A DNA stretch of 64,000 nt from Magallana gigas (Eukaryota), in contig NC_088856.1 of the NCBI RefSeq assembly GCF_963853765.1, positions 46,314,001-46,378,000 of the forward strand, written 5' to 3'. The notes under the pieces are model-generated. The model was not told the DNA's origin, made no database searches, and saw only the letters and a program-made list of their open reading frames with translations. How positions within the stretch are numbered: the first letter of the stretch is position 1; each line of letters opens with the position of its first letter. Positions 58,401 through 64,000 of this stretch are shown here, in pieces. The position numbers and the translations under genes were made by a program.

Positions 58401-60021
58401 TGTGAGTACATACATTTATTTATGTCATACTTATATATATATATAAAAGTTAATATAAGAGGTAATTATATATTGATTTAGTGGTAGTATATTCCCCATT
58501 GCACAAACATTTCATGCAAACTTCTTTTAAATAATTATCAAGAACTGAAATTCTTCAGAATTGACAGTTTTTCTTGATCACAGTATTTTTGTACATGGAT
58601 CTTTACAATGTGTCTGTTATAGGACTGTTTTATGATACTGTATGATGATTCAATGGATGTAGAACTAGTCATATTATGCAATCTTAGTACAATGTACAAA
58701 TGACTGTGTATGCTTGTTTGCAGGACCACTCTCTACCAAAGCTGACCCGAGGAAAACTCTACAGGTATTGACTCATTTTGCTATAGATAAACTTATAAGG
58801 TTACCAATCAGTTAGGTCAAGCAGTACTAGTACAAATACTTTGTAATACATATAATTTCTAATGTCTATTACCAGCCTACACCCTCATTTAAAAAATAGA
58901 ATCACTAAACTAAGAAAATGAAAGCTTAGAAAATAGAGTAAGAGGCTATTAAAAAAATATGAATACATGTATATGTAATTACATCTATACAGTAAAACAC
59001 GGTTATAGCGAACACGCTTATAATGAATTGACGCTTACAGCGAAGTGAATTTCATTCCCCAAGTCTCTATTTCATGTTGTAACGCTTATAACGAAGTTAA
59101 CTTACCCGTCCCTGGGACTGCGTTATAAGCGTGTTTTACTGTAATTTAAAATTGTAATTGCAAACTTTAAACATCTTTGTACTGCACACTTTTGGGAATT
59201 TAATTAGGGATATATTATAGCATTTAATCATGATTTTTTGAAGTATACACTCTCATAACTGCAGCGGTGTGTGCATACAAATTGAGTAACGCGCGTTAGC
59301 GCGTTATGAAAATTTGTATGCACACACCGCTGCAGTTATGAGGGTGTATACTTCAAAAAATCATGATTTAATGCTTATATTTACATTTTTTTAACTTCTT
59401 GCCTTGTCTGCAAATGTGATTCATACCTTAAAATTCCTATCTTATCCTAAGGGTAAGTTAATATTAATGGAAGAGCCACAGTAACAGCCACAAGCGTGAA
59501 CTTTGATTTTCGCTTGTGACGTTGCAGTTTACAGCGTTCAACGTTTGTGAGGTCATAATAAAACTCGTCAATTTGACCTTTGACTACTTGTTGCATTTAG
59601 AGGCATTTGAAGAACACAGAATTTAATGGAAAAACACAGTAGAATGTAAATATAATGTGATATACAATTTCTTGACATTAAAATAATTCATTTTCATTCA
59701 ATTCATTGATGCTAAGAGGGTCCTTAAAAGAAGGAATTTTTATTTTCATAATAACAGAGATTTCTTTATAGTTTCTTATAAGCAAGTCTGACTACACAAT
59801 TAAAACTTTTTTTTGGGGGGGGATATTAAATGTAAATTCTTGTATACAGATGATTGTTATTATTTTACAGAATTGTAGGATCCTTTGACAGTCATCAGAA
59901 TGTGATCAAGTGTGTGTCAGTGCGCGAGGCTTTACCCGAGGAGTATACCACTCACCAGACCTGTGTACAGAGATGTGCCCAGTACAAGCTGGAGCTGTCC
60001 AATCTGGTCAGAGAGCAGTAG
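48275..60021 (+). CDS. SPATA22: Spermatogenesis-associated protein 22 (meiotic OB-fold partner of MEIOB), 8 coding exons, 525 aa
   Basis: Exons 48275-48398, 48700-48856, 49848-50601, 50919-51053, 52945-53059, 58301-58401, 58724-58764 and 59871-60021 are phase-consistent. N-terminal PLLPIFNCKKRSREAII resembles vertebrate PVPLFNQKKRNRQPL. C-terminal SLRIIAT..LFEIY..DCIFYEIDHSLPKLTRGKLYRIVGSFD..KCVSVR resembles SLRIISA..LFEVL..CVFYEIDRELPRLIRGRVHRCVGNYD..QCVSVR. Confidence 0.9.
48867..49202. mobile_element. TA-flanked MITE containing a nested MITE
   Basis: TIRs CTGTGGAATCATTAAAATT / AATTTTAATGATTCCACAG. It starts 10 bp after the SPATA22 exon 2 donor. Confidence 0.8.
48958..49157. mobile_element. 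Nested TA-flanked MITE
   Basis: TIRs CTGTAAACCAAC / GTTGGTTTACAG, with TA on both sides. Confidence 0.8.
49409..49533. mobile_element. Ultra-short MITE (125 bp), copy 2 of 3
   Basis: Same TIR as 31423-31486. Flanks AGCTCTCTC / AGCTCTCTT (8/9 match). Poly-C core. Confidence 0.85.
51713..51879. repeat. Minisatellite, 46-48-bp unit x ~3.6
   Basis: AAAACCATG(G/A)(C/T)CCTGGTATGATC(T/A)GTTGTAACTAACAACTC(G/A)TATC starts at 51713, 51759, 51807 and 51853 (partial). Confidence 0.9.
53499..57893 (+). pseudogene. Fragmented gag-pol of the GalEa-like element
   Basis: At least 9 ORF pieces in shifting frames (53499, 53822, 54739, 55098, 55812, 56428, 56702, 56985, 57573), with in-frame stops and a MITE insertion. 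Confidence 0.9.
56298..56393. mobile_element. Ultra-short MITE (96 bp), copy 3 of 3, inserted in the copia pol
   Basis: Same TIR as the other two copies. Perfect 9-bp TSD AGCTGACAT (56289-56297, 56394-56402). Confidence 0.9.
58990..59141. mobile_element. Tc1/mariner-type MITE
   Basis: TIRs CAGTAAAACACG..TTATA / TATAA.CGTGTTTTACTG, flanked by TA. Homologous to 60379-60552 in the opposite orientation. Confidence 0.8.
59220..59374. repeat. Long palindrome (64-bp arms) with an inner hairpin
   Basis: 59220-59283 and 59311-59374 differ at 2 positions. The spacer contains TAACGCGC-GTTA-GCGCGTTA. Confidence 0.92.
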
Positions 60022-60378
60022 AACCCCACAGAGAGCTGAGGTAGGGGCACTGTGTAACTGGAGGTAATGTTATGTGACTGTTGTATAATTATTAAAAATG
60101 TAATGAAGAGCTCAAGGAGAAAGATGAATTGCAGACTACTGTAAAAGTGTTTATTTATGCGTGGGGGCAATTTTACGCTGGTTACGGGGTCGGCTTAAAA
60201 CCATGTATAATGGCCCAGAGTGTATGTTTACAAAAATTAAAACTTTAGAGTGGTAAATCATGCAATTGCAATAATTTTATTGCATTTATGATACCCTTCA
60301 TATTGTTTGACAATAGAAAAAATATTGTACTTATAACCACCAGCGTAAATAGCCAATTTTACAGTACTTTTCTGTATA

Positions 60379-60552
60379 CAGTAAAATACGGTTATAACGA
60401 AGTGCCAGGGATGGGCAATTTTGCCTTGTTATAAGCGTAATTCGTAACATCCGTCAAGTTCACAACATATGATATAGTCGCGGGGAATGAAAATCAATTC
60501 GCTTCAGGCGTCAATTCATTATAAACGTGTTCGCTATAACCATGTTTTACTG
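60379..60552. mobile_element. Tc1/mariner-type MITE, second copy
   Basis: TIRs CAGTAAAA(T)ACGGTTATA / TATAACC(A)TGTTTTACTG, flanked by TA. Confidence 0.8.
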
Positions 60553-62739
60553 TAGATGTTATATCAACTGGTTACTCATTCAGAATGATTCCTTAATGGG
60601 TTAATTAGCATTTGTAATCTATATGAGCTAGTGTATTGTTTCATTTTGTTTGATACACCTCAAATTATGTAACTGTGGAAGAAGATTTAAATCATACATG
60701 TAGCATATCAATACACCAGATTATTTATTGTGTGCAGAATATTAGGCCCCTTCCATGGGAGGATTACTTAATACCTAAGGAAATATGATGATAATTGACC
60801 ACATGCATGCAGATATTGACCACATGTGTGCAGAGTATACAAGCTGAAACTATCCAGTCTCAACAAGGAGCAGATGATGGAGAGTTTAAAGTTCTTTTGA
60901 CTTGTATAGGGCAGTATTTTACTTGTCTTTGTTTAAGACATATAAACTGGGAACCTCATGGTGATGATTACTTTCATCATTGTTTATACCTTAAACTATT
61001 TTCAGACAGAGAACAAGAGAAAGTAACTGTATAATATATATATGGTATGTTTAAGCTTAAAATGCATATTTTTCTTTTTGTTTCTTACATGTACATCCAA
61101 AAAGGTTTTATATGAAAATTTACAAGATTTTAAAAATTATGTACATGTATATCCAAAATGCAGTGCATGGGTAATGTGCTGGGTATGTTTCTTTTATTGT
61201 ATTTGTTTTTTCCCTGTCCTTTAAACAATCATATTAAAGTTAAATTGTTGACTATAATGATTTTATTGTCTTTCTTTGGTAAAGCTTTTAAATTAAGTAC
61301 CCTGATATGAAATTTTGAATACACCTCCCGCACTCCCTCTTACAATTGGGAGAGGAGCCCCACTCTATAACCAAATGTTTGTTTACTTAGTATAAAAAGA
61401 AATGATGCATATATTTTTCCAAAGTGTACTGTGTTCCAGATGTATTTAACATATCCTGATCCAGAGTTAGTATGAACCGATCAGAAAAATAAATTGTGAC
61501 TATATAGGACTATATAGGTTGATTAGAAGCAATTTAAGTAATATTTGGATGTATAATGACTGATATTACCTCTAACGCTGGTTGTGTATTTATTCTGCAA
61601 TGCAAGCCACAGTAGATAACCCCCCCCCCCCCCCCCCCCCAAGCCAAAAAAAGAAACATTTTATTGTTCTTATGAATTCCATATTTAACAGTTCTATATA
61701 TGATAAAATATCACAATGTTTATAAAAAAAATACTTATGCAGGCACGTAGCATCGTTTTTGAAAGTGTGTGTGGGGGGGGGGGGGGCAGACTCATCCAAA
61801 TATCTTGTCTAGCAAAAAAAGAAAAAGGGAAATTTTGAATATTTCTCCAAAATCTTCAAATTCCTAATCCGTTGGGGGGGGGGGGGGTTGTTGATACAAT
61901 GAAAAAGGTGTAAATTTAAATTCATGATCCGTCGTGTCTGCTCAGTCAAAACACAACACCTTATATATCTTTTTACAATATAATTTATATGTATTCACAA
62001 TGTATACATGTACACATAATACAATACACATTTCTGTTTAATATTCTTTATATCTTGAGGTCTTTAGAGCCGAAATGAATTCATATAAGCATTTGGTCGC
62101 CATATTAGTTTCGATCTGTCTTCTACTGCCACTGTGTTGTATATACGAAAGTTGCTTTTCGATCGAGGCATTCAAGTTGCACGGACTTCTAAATGCATGA
62201 ACTACACATTGAAGTAAAATGTTTGTAATACAGAATAAAGGAACCTACAATCAATAAAACACAAAATACATTTATTCTTTAAAAGAATTTCCAAGGTATC
62301 CGTATTATTTGCTCAGATAGTGATGCCTTACTTCGACAACATAAATGGCGGTAGTCTGAGAGATGAAGGAAAATAATGCTTATTTATGAATTCATGTCAG
62401 CTTTAAACTTAAAACATTTGTCGTGGCAGTGATAGGAAATTGCGATGTTTTTTTGATTGTCCATGTTCATGTTTGACAATGCTCACAGGCGATGTTTGAT
62501 ATGATGTGGGACAGTGGCAATTAAGGTACAGACAATGGACTGGCATGAAAATGTCCATGCATGCAGGAACCTGATAAAACTATAAATGTGAAACGTATTT
62601 TGAGGTACAATTATTTTATATACCTTGCAAAAACATACTGTATTGTGTAACTAAGGCTTTCAGCAAGAAGAATTACAAACATTCACACGCTGGCTGCAGT
62701 ACATGAATGAAAGTAGGTGTTATTGTATGGGAGTTGGGG

Positions 62740-64000
62740 AGTGCGGGATATAAGGTGGCACAGCAGAAGGGACAAAGGCGAATGATCTGGCCTCTGAAAA
62801 CCAGTGCTTTGGTTAGATAAGACTCATTAGTCTGGGAGGACAGCTTATCTTAGAGAAGAAGAACTCTGATTCCAAACCTCCGCTGCCTTGCGGCCACACC
62901 CAATTATGGAAAAGTGAAGGGAAATACCGATAAGAAACCAAGTGGGCAGACTGTGTTCAATATCCAAGGATGGAAAGTAGCCAGAAAGGAAACTCCTGAA
63001 CCAAACCACATTTTCGCGAGGTAAATAGGGGTTTGCGTTGCGCCAACAACCCCTCCTAGAAAACAAGACGTTACAGAAAATAAGGACATAGTATTACAAC
63101 AAGAAGACTGAGTAAAGCAGGAAACGCCAATGATGGCAGCAGGACGACAAAGGGGGAAAGCCAGAGGGAAGCCAAACGTCCAACTAGTTCCCCAGTGACA
63201 ACCAAGCGAACAACCACCATCGGACACTGGAATGTGCAATGTACAGAGGAGGAACGTCAGCACAGATAGCAAGAGAGATGAAAGGATACCAGCTAGACAT
63301 TCTAGGAATCAGTGAGTGTCGATGGACGGGAGCAGAAAAGACAAGAGTGGCCTCGGCCCAGACTGTCATCTACAGCGGAGATGAAGAACTGTATAAGGGA
63401 GGAGTTGCCATAATGATAAGCCATAGCGCAGTGAAATTACTAATCGAATGGACACCCATCAGTTATAGGATAATAACAGCTCGAGTCTATACAAGATATA
63501 GAAGAGTGACAATAATACTGGTATATGCGCCACATGATAAAAAGAAAGAGGAAGAACAGTTCTATACCAAGAGTTACAAGAAACATTGGATGAATGCAAT
63601 AAGAACGACATCTTAATTGTGGGGGACTTCAATACCAAAGTTGGAAATGATAACATGGGATAAGAAAGAACTATGAACATACATGAACTGGGCACTCAAA
63701 ATGAGAACGGTGAGAATCTGTGTGATTTTTGCCAGACTAACGGGCTAGTGATCACAGGAACAATATTTCTCCATAAAGACATACACAAAGCAACATTGGT
63801 ACCTGCCAATGGAAGAGTTAAAACACAGATTGATTACCCCCTTATTAATGGACAGTACAGATCTTCAGTCTTAGACACCAAAGTTATGAAGGGAGCAGAC
63901 GCCAACAGCAATCAATACAAGGTGAAGACTGGGGATCGGACTACGCCTTTTTTCGTTTAAGAGATCAAGACTGGACGTAGGACGCATCAAAAAGACTCGG
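62740..64000 (+). mobile_element. 5' part of a decayed RTE-clade-like LINE (APE endonuclease region), truncated by the window edge
   Basis: Frameshifted pieces read TTIGHWNV, QIAREMKGYQLDILGISECRWTG, GVAIMI, RIITAR, VYAP, LIVGDFNTKVG, NENGENLCDFC and KTQIDY. The 5' boundary is approximate. Confidence 0.85.

Noticed and set aside
60795-61224. ORFs downstream of SPATA22
   Set aside because: They start at non-ATG codons or are low complexity, with no splice-consistent or recognisable protein.

Overview
AT-rich eukaryotic genomic DNA. The repeat types and gene structures look like a bivalve mollusc (oyster-like); this is inferred, not proven. Five spliced genes were reconstructed by hand from GT-AG junctions and protein recognition: the 3' end of BORCS6 (+), IMP4 (-), ISY1 (+), HDHD5/CECR5 (-) and SPATA22 (+). 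IMP4 and ISY1 appear to be head-to-head. Introns and intergenic DNA are dense with transposable elements: a very young Ty3/Gypsy element with apparently identical LTRs in ISY1 intron 2, a decayed GalEa-type Ty1/copia element in a SPATA22 intron, the 5' part of an RTE-type LINE at the right edge, many MITEs and Helentron-like elements, a ~128-bp tandem array and two long palindromes. I found no prokaryotic features, no CRISPR array and no convincing new multi-gene system. The most unusual signals are a minisatellite built from an HDHD5 exon/splice-donor junction, a long prion-like N/G/S/Q-rich region in SPATA22, MITE families with unusual 5-, 6- and 9-bp target duplications, and a possible foldback-like arrangement in IMP4 intron 1. 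All coordinates were counted by hand, so boundaries may be off by a few bases.
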